A stretch of DNA of 63,408 nucleotides, filler included, from Phoronis australis (lineage: Eukaryota > Animalia > Phoronida), in assembly GCA_002633005.1 (NCBI GenBank). It is 4 parts of 4 records of this genome, joined end to end, with 100 filler letters (N's around TTAATTAATTAA, not from the genome) between each part and the next. Parts side by side here need not be neighbours in the genome. Positions count along the whole stretch, not along the records: positions 1 to 18,897 come from NMRA01001291.1; positions 18,998 to 32,683 come from NMRA01001395.1; 2 more parts are not named here. The stretch is one strand, 5' to 3'. Shown piece by piece: positions 13,301 through 24,424 of this stretch. The position numbers and the translations under genes were made by a program. The notes under the pieces are model-generated. The model saw only the letters and a list, made by a program, of their open reading frames with translations, did no database searches and had not been told where the DNA came from. How positions within the stretch are numbered: the first letter of the stretch is position 1; every line of letters starts with the position of its first letter.

Positions 13301-16300
13301 GGAAGGCCTATTGAACAAGTTCTTCATGGGTGTTTGAGTTCAAAATAGAGACAAGTAACCTTCAATTATCTGGTTGAAACACGTACCTCAGTAGACAACA
13401 GTGAAAATACCGTTGATGTATTTTTCAAACAGAATAACGTGGAAATATGATTGATGAAGAAAAGCTTCCTATTGTCTATGAACATGTTTTGCTATGAATA
13501 ACAATTTGCGCGGAATTAAGCCGAAGAAATAGGAAAATGCACAGTGCTTTACAAATCGTCTTACGAGGGCAGTCGTTGACATTACAATCCCTTTTTTGCT
13601 CTCTGCTTTCTTGACAGTCCCGCCCGCCGTGTAAGGGTGGTGGGTTATTACACGACCTGTTTCTGATCTGTTCACCACCGCCACATGTTAGAGAACACGC
13701 TGACCAAGCGGTCCAAGGACCAATGACGCCATCAACTGTGGACAAAAAGAAGACTGACCTGCACATGTGCAACAGCTTGGATTATCAAAGTCCTTTCCTA
13801 ATATAGACGGGGAATTGTAGTAGTCACAAGAGGATCCAAGTTTTGTACCAATATAGTAACAAAACGTAGCGTTTGTTAGGAGCCCAGGGGTGTATATTCG
13901 GAAAATGTGAAATGCAATCCAGGACCTATAGTTTCGAAATCAGGGGTTTGCACTCCAAAATGGACCATTTTGGCTTGAGAAACAAAGGGAAATAACCCTC
14001 AGGTACTTCTTTGACAAGCACGTGCCCAACTTGTACTTAAGACTTCCATGTGCATGAGGGAAAACTCCATCAACAGACCGACAACAGAATACAAGGAAGG
14101 GTTGATTACAATTTCAATTTGTCTTAGTTACCATCACCGTTATACCCTAACACCAAGTTAGCTAGAAGTACAACTGGCTTTTTCAAACCGGCGACACTCG
14201 GAATTTCATGTGTTGGCCTCTGTCATGAACGTTCATTGGTTTGACTCCAACAGTCAACCTAGGAACCAGTACTGGTTCCTAGAGTGAACGAACAATTCAG
14301 ATGTGAGCATAAATGAGTTGGAATGTGTATTTTTCCCACTTTGTTTAATGGAACAAATTAACATAAAAAGACCTGTGCACACAAGAAGATTTTTGTCGGG
14401 AGGCCTCGCGACTGCTTAACGGGTACACATTACCATCACAGAGTCATTGAACGAGCACACGCACTACATTGTTTGTCACGAACCAGCTCGCGCGATACGC
14501 GCTGGCCTTTGGCAGCAGTACTGCCAAGCAATGATGGGTTGTCGCAGCTATTGCAGCTGAGCAAGTCGCAACAGGGCCAAGGCAGACTTTGTTATGACAC
14601 ATGTTGCCACCCTCGACACGTGTTGTTGCCCGGAAGACAATATATGTCAAAGACGCCGATGCATGCCGTCAACATGGACAAATGCTGCCGTTTTTGATAT
14701 GTGTTATTGCCGGGGCGAAAATATGTATGTATGCCAAAAGCGAAAATATATCCTGTCAACATCGACACATATTGTCACCCGAGCTACAGTATAGAGCGAG
14801 TGCGACAATATGTACAATGAACACTTACCCACAGTGTTACCCATTAATGTGCAGAAAGCTAGCTTAATTGTTTTTTTAACATGTGAGTCAATTCTGTATC
14901 GGAGGGACGCCCAGGAAATTGTAAAAGCATAAAGCGGGGTTTGGACACGGGGTAATAAAAAGACGTGTTTCATACCCTCCAGTTTTCGGTAATCAGCCAT
15001 CCCCATTATGGACTCAATCTCATTCAGCCTCCTTCAAAATCCAACTAATCTACTGGGAGAGTCCTTTGGATATGCTTACACTTTCTAGGTCTACACGCAG
15101 CATGGCGTAGGCCTACGTCTACACAACCATGCTACTTCGCTTAAGATGAACAATGTGTCGATGATAACTGCACTCTGCATATATTTTCGAACTTGTCCCA
15201 ACCTCCAGAAAATCGGATCGATGACTATTGCGACAAATAATTTGTTGCATTTACCAGTGGACAACCACGGCCCATCAATGTTTGACTATGTTTCGAAACC
15301 CCAAGTTAGCCTACAACACAGAACCCAATTTCTAGTAACACTTGTACTCACTGATTTCCAGTTCACAGAATTCTCCTGTAAACCTTTCGTCACAGACACA
15401 GCTGTATCCATCCTCATGACCAATGCAAGTAGCATTGTTACGACAAATGTTGTCGCTGCAATCGTGCAAAATACAATTTCTTCCTGAAAAATAACACAAC
15501 ACTACCATTATTAGGCAACGGTCTTAGGGCACCTTGAATCTTGACAGATGCACTGGAAGCGCGCCACAGACGCCATCTTGTTTCGACAAACAGAGTGAAT
15601 AGGATGGCAGTTCGACATCAAAAAGCTGTAAATAATATCATTTGATGTTAGTTATGAGAATAATCGGAGTCTTGTTCCTACTTCCATTATTTCTTATTGA
15701 AGGTGGACTATTGAGTTTTGTCTTTTAAACAGACTGCATACAGGATTGAGTTCATCTTCCTGACATTGTTAGGAACAGGATTGCAGTTACTGTGATAAAA
15801 TGAAAGCCTTTAGTCAGTTTAAGTGTCGAGATATTAGAAAGAAAAAATAAGATTTGTATTAATGCAGTTGTAACTTTTGAAGAGCTCTTCTATTCTTCTT
15901 TCTTCACTCTTCGTCGGTCACGATGGAAACATTTAGGACAGCAAACAACATTGGTAAAGATAGTGTCGCTGAATGATGGACTATAAATACGACAGAACAC
16001 AATTTCACTGCGGCGAGATGGCCGCTCAAGGCAAATATAGATTTATCACTAACATAGTAATCACTGTATTTCCTCCCATTTTTACTAACACGTACTGAAA
16101 ACTACTTGTTACAACCTTACCAACTCCTCAAAGCAAGTACTGCTGCCATACCTTCGTATCCATGGGGACAGTTGCAGAAATAACTAGAGCCATTATTAAC
16201 GCAGCTTCCATTATTGTGGCACGGGTCGGTATCGCATGCAGGAGGAGCTGAAAAAAAGCCAAGAGTGAGCAAGTTTAAGCTGATTTACTTTTGGAGTTTT

Positions 16301-18489
16301 TACGCCTTGTGTCTCTGTATATTCCAGAGCCTACAGCTGTATAATCATATCTGCTGGAAAAAGACACGCCTGAGGGATGAGATATTGTTCAAGGTTGTCC
16401 ATTTAATCCGAGAACATTAAAAGCCTCAGTGACACAAACATCGCAGAATCTCCAAAACCAAAGAAAGCAGGATCTAGGCAGTCCAATCTAAGGGGTGGCA
16501 AATAAAACTTAAATCAGTCTTATTCATTTGACTGGCAATGTGTGAGTGTTATGGTCATTTTGGTAACTAAATTTTCTAAACTTTAAATTTCGTGCAAGTC
16601 GACTCTACCAAACCTGTTAAGATGCAATTAACTCCAGGACGCAAATTCATAACTTACGTGGGCAGGCGTTGGTGTTGCAATCCCTTTCCTGCAGTCGGTT
16701 CTCTTGACAATCCCGCCCACCATATGATGGCGGAGGATTATCACACGTCCTATTTCTGACCTGATCACCACTTCCACACGAGTGAGAGCATGGTGACCAA
16801 GCAGACCACGGGCCAATGCCACCATCCACTAGCAAATGAAGAAATGCCTTTAATTACTGTTAGTTGAAATATTTGGTTTTACACCGAGTTTGTTTAAACT
16901 ATTGTACTTACATGTATGCGAGTAACGAAAACACGTCCTTGTTGTCGCTTGGCTTTTATGCAACCAAGATTCATATTTTCTTAATGGGAACCTTTAATGA
17001 TTTTTATGCACGAAAATAAAGAGTATCAAATAAATTTTCAACACAATACGAGTGTGTGCGACTAGTATATATAAATGTGGCTATCAACCTGTGTTCCGTC
17101 CAAGAAGCGAACGTTTGACCTAGAATGCATTCTGTTATAAAGTTGGTGTCAACTTTTTATTGCTCGTATAGGTTGTGATTTCTAGGCTTTGGAAAGAAGT
17201 GGCAGTTTGTAATTCTGTGAGGCCATGCTTGGCACCTAAAATGACACGCCAGTACAAGTCACCCTGTTGAGCCTAGTCTCAGTCAGCTTTTTAGAAGCCC
17301 TGAAATCAACTTCGGTAAAAGTAGTTATTTGTTGGGATTGAAGACGCTTATATTAATTAGATGAGAAACAAGACTACATTTAAACTCATGGTGCGATGTG
17401 CACCGGAGTTGTGATAAGCAATGCACATTCTTTTGCTAAATATTGCTGTTTTCAGAAGCGGCATTTGCTATTATTTCAGTCAGCGGACAAAATGTACAGT
17501 ACCTGGACATGGTCCTGTGTTGCACTGCTTCGTTTCAATTCTCAAACCTTCACATCCCATACCGCCAAAGGCGGGCGCTGGATTGTCACAGTGTCGTGTC
17601 TTTTCTTGTGTTCCTCCACCACATTGGTGGGAACACTGTGACCATGGTGACCAACTACTCCAAGCACCATTCACTGAAAGTACAGAAACGACCCGACTGA
17701 GTGTACCCTGTGTGTGTAACTAAGCTCGCCAAATGTTCAACAAGTCAGTCCCGAAGTGATTTGTCCCAGCAGCACGTACGGCATCGAGAGCTTCAGTCAG
17801 ACTTCACACACTATATTTTGTTCCCCTGGCCGAATCTCTTTTCCTCCAACCAAAGATTTAATTGTATTAACAAGATTTGTTTCAGTTCCATAGATTAAAC
17901 GGTATGGTGGTCGTTTGTCACAATGAAAGTAATCAAGCATGGAAATAAATACATACCAGGGCATCCTTGACGATTGCAAATTTCGGTGTCAATATCTGAA
18001 CCCTCGCACGATAAGCCACCAAATAGCGGAGACGGGTTCGTACAAGTTCTGCTCCTTCGTCGTTGTCCGGAGCCACATGAAGCGGAACATTGTGTAAATT
18101 CCCCCCAGCTGCTCCAACCGCCGTCAACTTTGGATACAACAAGAGAGAAATAAACACGTAAAACGCTAAAACATAACAAAACGCTATATTTGGTCACAAT
18201 AATCAAGTGAAGCCATGCCACGCGGCTGACTTCGAACAAAAACGCAATTTTAGTGGATGAAATACAGGTTTGGTCCACATAAGGCATTCTCAACGGCACG
18301 TGTGATAAAAAGTGCGTGTGTAATATTACATGTAAGTCACTCATTATCCAGACATACCTATTTGGTGCTGGCACCTATCACCGACAAAGTCGTCCGCACA
18401 CGTACAATTATAGCCATAAACGAAGGGGACGCAAGACCCGTTGTTCTGGCACTTGTGGTAAGAACAATCAAACATAGAGCAGTTTTCTC
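1332..18489 (-). CDS. multi-exon type I membrane protein (EGF/TSP1 repeats, CCP, GCC2/GCC3 repeats, TM), 5' incomplete
   Basis: GT-AG exons that join in frame, 5'->3': 18358-18489 EGF; 17957-18127, 17503-17673, 16658-16828 TSP1 (WSxWxxCSxxCGxG..R.R.C.NP.P..GG..C); 16152-16247 + 15352-15483 EGF-EGF; 13565-13735 TSP1; 13116-13211 + 11282-11413 EGF-EGF; 10568-10738 TSP1; 8713-8931 CCP; 7541-7810 and 6384-6554 spacer; 4688-4861 and 3743-3967 GCC2/GCC3 (CPPGTY..C..C..G.YQ...GQ..C..C); 3535-3627; 2638-2878 Ser/Thr stalk + TM VVIGVSVAAAVAFLLIIVFAV; 2141-2182; 1332-1479 ending TTFTY-stop. A 30-nt exon at 2532-2561 is possible. Confidence 0.88.
5249..5377. repeat. 18-bp minisatellite, ~7 copies (intronic)
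   Basis: Unit RGCGATAACGAGGCCCAK repeated in tandem. Confidence 0.95.
9012..9127. repeat. compound trinucleotide microsatellite (AAT/AAC/AAG)
   Basis: Directly visible runs. Confidence 0.9.
11099..11211 (-). mobile_element. inverted-repeat structure with degenerate Penelope-type hammerhead-like motif
   Basis: 16-bp perfect IR at 11108-11123/11130-11145; outer IR TAGTAAAACTA/TAGTTTTACTA; minus strand reads CTTGACAAA-GAG-tggatcg-CTC-GAAAC. Confidence 0.4.
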
Positions 18490-18897
18490 CTAAAAAGAAG
18501 AGGAGGGATCAGCAATACGTTTATGCAGAACCATAATATACAAAAAATATCAATAAAATTACAGCTGGAGTGGCGCTTGGCCCAGAAAGGGACGGAAGTG
18601 TTAAATCAGAGGCCATCAAAATGATTTAAACTTAATACAGCAAAACTCGGTTGAATTGCATATGATCATAAACTCAGTGGAAGAATGGATCAAAACAGTT
18701 GGTTGCCAGCATGGGCATTTCAGCAGAAGGTGCTCCCATTACAGGTGTGCATGAAAACTGGCAATGGAGAGCAGGGCTCGACGCTATTAGAATCGTCAGG
18801 TCACATTTTGCGACCTAGCCAAAATCCCAGGTCGCATTTTCAAAATCCAGCTCGCATTTGTAAATGCCAGGTCGCAAAATTTTCCCGCCATTTTTAC

Positions 18898-18997
18898 NNN
18901 NNNNNNNNNNNNNNNNNNNNNNNNNNNNNNNNNNNNNNNNNTTAATTAATTAANNNNNNNNNNNNNNNNNNNNNNNNNNNNNNNNNNNNNNNNNNNN
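18898..18997. other. synthetic scaffold spacer
   Basis: N44-TTAATTAATTAA-N44, exactly 100 nt, stops in all six frames. Confidence 0.95.
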
Positions 18998-19059
18998 CCT
19001 GGCCCGAGGGGGGGGGGGTTTAAACCCCCTGAACCCCCCGTAGATCCGCCACTGGAATG

Positions 19060-20000
19060 TACATTATGTAGGTAAATGAAACTGCAATAATGTTTCAACT
19101 TTTTACATGTATACGACTTTATCTTACTTGCAGAAAGAGATGTAACATTGGGGTATTGCTCACCTGTCTGGAAAAGCCGTACCGTCTGCTCCCTGCATAC
19201 CGTACACGCAAAGAAAATATGAGCATATGTCTGAGTGTCTCCACAGCAACACAGAGGTGAAATATTGTTTGAATTATGTCTAAATTTGTCTTTGTTTAGG
19301 AACAGTCCGCATCTTGATATGTACAAAGTTATGTCATGGTTTCGAGGAAGTTGGAATCACGTCAATGGGGGACTGACAAGTCTTGAGTAGTGCCATGCAG
19401 TTTAAAGTTAATTTAACAGTGAGGATTGAAGTGCTTTATTTTATTTTGGATGGAAAGGAATTCCAGTTGTCAATGCGAGTTAAAGTCGTAGATCTCCTTA
19501 AGGCTTGGCTGATGGAAGATGGTATAGTGTATAACTTACTTTGTCACAGTCCTGAGACTATAGAGAACCTTCATTGTGCTGGATCCTTTGTATCATACTA
19601 TTATGGCTTAAGCTGCTTGGTATTGTAGTCCTTCTTATTGAAGAATTATGCCAACCAGGCCTGCGTTTGCTGATTGGTAGATTATGTCACAGTACTCTAG
19701 ATGTGGAGGTACAAAAGACTTGAACAGAGTGAAGGTGCATGGAGCGGAGAGACGATTCTAATTGGAATGATTAAATATTGTACTTTATGAACGAGTTCGC
19801 GACAGTGAGGAGTAAATGTAAGCTTATGGTCTAGTAGCAAGCCAATGCATATATGTATGAGCTTTTTGGGAATAATTTCCCCATTGAGTGTTATGTCCAG
19901 CATTGGATTTGTTTGTAAATGAGTATTCTTGGACTTAGAAAATACTAAAGATCAACATTTTTTAGGTTCATCTTCCATTTGTGATACCAGTGATAGAGTT
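19060..20000 (-). mobile_element. decayed non-LTR retrotransposon (CR1/L2-like) ORF2 3' end
   Basis: Fragments DITLNGEIIP..IGLLLDHKLTFTPH and LN..FRHN..SPLCCCGDTQTYAHIFFAC are typical of the region after the RT domain; frameshifted. Confidence 0.65.
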
Positions 20001-23000
20001 TGTTTAGGTCAGTTTGTAACTGTAAGGAGTCACGGGGATGCTCTTTTGAGAATGCAGTCCCTCACCGGGGAGAATCAATGGGAAGGGAGTCTAAGTGAGG
20101 TGGACCAAAAACAATTTTAGAAAAATATACGTTCGCAGAAGACATAGCCTGTAAAACTACTGCATGCCGTTAGCACTTAATTTTAGGCCAGTCATAAAAA
20201 GGTAGGGAATCCAAACAAAATGGACGCCCTCCCGAATCCGCCTAGAGACAGAATTCAATTTAAGACATGTACGTGTAGGTCTATACTTAATACTGAAACA
20301 TGCGCCTGCGCCATTGAAACAAACTGTAGCAACCTCAAGTATCATATTAACTGATTGCAGAGAAGCCATTGCTAATGCGACAATTGCCCTAAAAATAAGT
20401 ATTGGGTGTAGAAAAAAAATTCGATGTTATGTCATACCCTGTTTTGTGTGCTGCTTTTGTTTTTTCTAACGAAAAGTCTTCAAATAGTTGATAAAAATAA
20501 TTTATCTAGTGTACAGAATAATAGGCCTGGCAGCTAACGGCTTGTGGCTGGGTGTCAAGTTCCAATGTTTACTATTTCTACTACTAGTGGCAACAGGGGG
20601 TTGGTAAATTGATACTTTCGAGGTTATAAACAGAACAGCAGTACGAGGGCCGTAGAGCTGTAGCTGGAGACCAGGCGAGCTTTCCTCATGAAAACACTTG
20701 CTAAACCAAATGGATATAACGCATCGTGGACTAAAACTGGTGATTCACCGAATTGTTAACCTGTGAAATTGAATTATCTTTACGCTAAGATCGAAATACG
20801 ATAAAATTCGCCAAATTTTAATTTGTTAAGTTTCGGATCTCTGAACAGTGGTACTTTGCATGCGAATTGTGATGCCGGAATGTAGAGCATCGGGGACGTG
20901 TAATGGATTAAATTGATGCTTGCACTTCCTCATTACATTTAAAAACCGCGGTCCTCTGGAACTGAAACCAAACGGGAGGTTTCTATAATGTTTACAAAAT
21001 AATGATCTACGCCAGCTTACGAAACGAATGCTATCATCGTGATAGTTGCACAGTCTTACTTTGAAGACTATCGTACTTAGAATTATTTTGGCTATTTACT
21101 TTTTCATCACTTCCTGATGGCCAATTGAGCAACTGAAACGACAGAGACAATTTAATACGAGGAAAACAAATAAGTTATCAAAGTCAGAAATATGGTCACT
21201 TGGCAATGCTTTTGGCGTCCGATATTCCAAAAAGTATCGCATGCATCTTCGTCCACATCGTATCGCATCTGGTCAATCTAAAATGGTACACTAGCGTTGG
21301 CTACACTGGACAAGGTCCGGCACTGTTTGCCGCTGCAAAGTTGCAAAATTGTCTTTGTTTTACGAGGTTGTCTGATCTATTAACCGGTTGAATATTATTG
21401 TTGAGTTTCAATTAACAGCTATTCATACTAAAAATATTCAGTGATTTTGCGTTGAGCTTAGTTTTAAAGCGATAAATCATGTGCGCCGCGCCGGACGATC
21501 ATACTAACGTAGACATTATGCGTCTGAAATTGGCACGTTCGATACAATTTTAGTGCTTCCATTAATTTTGTGTGACGTTATCAAGGTGTCGGACTTCAAA
21601 CTACTTACCCGAACCTCAACAAAACCAATCACCCAGTGGACTGCAATACTATAATGGCCGGTGATCAAAGTTGTTCGGACTTCAAAACGCGATGGCTTCA
21701 CCAAAAAAAAAAAAAAAAAAAAATAGTAGGCTGAACCTAAAGCACGATGGCGGTGCTACAACTAGTTGACCAGTGATTTGTTCGGCCATTGTATTTGAGA
21801 ACCAGTCAACCCGTTTTAGGTCCGACCAACCAGTTTCGGTCAGCGACCATCTGTGGTTATAGTTACCGGACCTCGCGTTAGAACACTGGCCATTGGGTTT
21901 TGCAATCCAGCTAGATGGTTTGAACACCGGCAAGTGGTTTTGAAGTCCGACCAATTCAGTGTTGGCCCTCACCTTTGGGATATCGCCTGTGACACTCGCC
22001 GGCCCATTAGAACGTCCCGGCGTCTCGTTAAGTAATTTACGGATTATAGTGTGGGTAAAACAGCAAACTTTAATTCAATAAAGAAGAATTTTTTGTTTTG
22101 GTTTGATTATTCATTTCAACAAATATACATCACACAGAAGGATTTCACTGAACTTGGTTATAAAACTGCAGTGGCGGATCTAGGATTCCATAAGGGGGGC
22201 GCGGGGGTGAACACGCTGTCTCGGGGAATCGGACAAAGTGCGATTGTATGTGCAGCACAGGCCCGAAGTTGCGGGAACCGAGTATGTGAACCATCTGTTC
22301 GGAAAATCTACCGGTGGACTCAAAAAAAAAAATAAATAAAAAACGGGAACGCCGCCGGCGATCTGGGGCACCCCCTTCCCGGCCCCGTCCTCAGTTGCTT
22401 ACTCATTATTTCCCGTCCGGCGCTTCACACTGTTGCTATTCCATTTTTGCTTGCGGCAGCCAAGGGGGTGGGGATCGAGGGGTGGGGAGGGGTGGGCCCG
22501 GGCCCCCTGCCCCCNNNNNNNNNNNNNNNNNNNNNNNNNNNNNNNNNNNNNNNNNNNNNNNNNNNNNNNNNNNNNNNNNNNNNNNNNNNNNNNNNNNNNN
22601 NNNNNNNNNNNNNNNNNNNNNNNNNNNNNNNNNNNNNNNNNNNNNNNNNNNNNNNNNNNNNNNNNNNNNNNNNNNNNNNNNNNNNNNNNNNNNNNNNNNN
22701 NNNNNNNNNNNNNNNNNNNNNNNNNNNNNNNNNNNNNNNNNNNNNNNNNNNNNNNNNNNNNNNNNNNNNNNNNNNNNNNNNNNNNNNNNNNNNNNNNNNN
22801 NNNNNNNNNNNNNNNNNNNNNNNNNNNNNNNNNNNNNNNNNNNNNNNNNNNNNNNNNNNNNNNNNNNNNNNNNNNNNNNNNNNNNNNNNNNNNNNNNNNN
22901 NNNNNNNNNNNNNNNNNNNNNNNNNNNNNNNNNNNNNNNNNNNNNNNNNNNNNNNNNNNNGTGTGTGCGGTGGCCGCCTGCCTGATCACTGAATTGTTTC

Positions 23001-23282
23001 CTTAGTTCGGGCGTCCAGCTTTAGTCAATGTGCCCGTCAAGCAATCTCAGTGCTCAAATGAATTTTTTGCGCCAATGACGCGGAGTGTGCTGTTAAGTTA
23101 TTCTTGTTGTTTCGTAGGCGCAAAATTCGCAGATTTGCTGAGTTGTAGTCTCACCTACTGGGACTTTCTCAGTGTGCCATGACTTTCCCATAGCGCAACC
23201 TATCGACGATTTGAGACTTTGCCATATGGCGAGAAAACAGGTCAAGAAATGTGTGTCATCACGGCTGCGCATTTTATCAGAG

Positions 23283-23314
23283 CCACTTCCTATTTCCAAG
23301 ATGGCGGCAACGAG
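23283..23314 (+). promoter_or_regulatory. HUWE1: HUWE1 promoter-proximal region / first exon with ETS and YY1 motifs
   Basis: CCACTTCC (ETS) and CAAGATGGCGGC (YY1, 23297-23308) followed by donor AG|GTGAGT at 23314/23315. Confidence 0.65.
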
Positions 23315-24424
23315 GTGAGTGATGTCTTTCTTCTGTTTCATTTGAAGAAAATCGCTAAAAATGACTGAAATGATCGCCATTTGTCCTGTGTACAAAAGTA
23401 TGAGTGTTGGCTTGTACCATTTAAAGCAAGAGTGAACCCTGATAGTCACGCATTTGCCGATTATCACCAGGTATGCGTTGCAAGCGGCCGTTTCGTCGAT
23501 TCATTCCGTTGACGCCGAATCTTTTCTTAACGAAAGTGATTGTAGATTCGCACTCATGTGTGGTTTCCTATACTTATATTTATAATTTAGCGTACCGAAT
23601 TTGTCATTGTCATTTTGTGAGGTTTTATTGACTACAACTGATTAATGTGCCGTGATTATGCTCAATCAAAATACACAGGTTAGCCAGGCCATTGAACCTC
23701 GCTGTTTCGTACTTGAACCTTGGCTTGGCCTTGAGTAGTTGAAGCCCTCGCCTCGGTGCTTTTGTCCAGAACTCGAATTCACGTTAAATCATATGTGTAT
23801 GTGAGATTCTTTTTGGCCTTCATATCAGGATATTGGACATGCTGTTGTATCTGGGGTCCTCTGAGTCTGAGGATTGTTCCGGAATCTTAGCTTTGGTTCC
23901 TCTTGCAGCTGGTAAAAGGAGCAATAATGTTCAGAAATAAAATGCTCATTTAAAACCTTTTTGTCCACTGGGGATGAGGAAAGCATATCTCACCATTTCA
24001 TTTTATTCCACATGTATTGCCAGGAAATTTTTAAACGGGCCCATCAAGTCATTCTATCTCACTATTACCAAACAAGAACTAATGCTTTTGGCTTAGCAAA
24101 TACGCAATTCTTCAATGAAGCTGTGGTATGAATCCAAAGCATAACCTCTGGGAATAAAAATTGCATATCAGGTACCCTTATTGCAACTCGAAATGTCTAG
24201 GTGCACTTGCAGATCTATTCCTGAAGAACATACTTTGTTCTGTTAAGTTTCTTTCCTTAAAATCACTGTGGAGGGATTTTGACCTTGTCTGAAATGATAT
24301 CTTGGTGAGATGATCCATGTGAACTGTAGTTATGAAGACATCAAGGCTTTGCGTTCTATTTCTAGTCCGGTGTAAATCCCGACAAGAGGTTTGCCATGCT
24401 AGTCGTTACGGAAATGTACCCAAA

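Noticed and set aside
14433-14870. Cys-rich short ORFs as extra receptor exons
   Set aside because: No TSP1/EGF spacing or compatible splice sites; the flanking exons already join in frame.
16121-16151. Longer version of the EGF exon using the donor at 16120
   Set aside because: It ends out of phase; the donor at 16151 gives the 96-nt size of the paralogous exon.
18942-18953. TTAATTAATTAA as a biological motif
   Set aside because: It is centred in identical 100-nt N spacers three times, so it is an artificial linker.
22314-23005. Long ORFs in the ORF track (also 45752-46204, 54781-55053, 56049-56411)
   Set aside because: They run through N-gaps; the length is an artefact.
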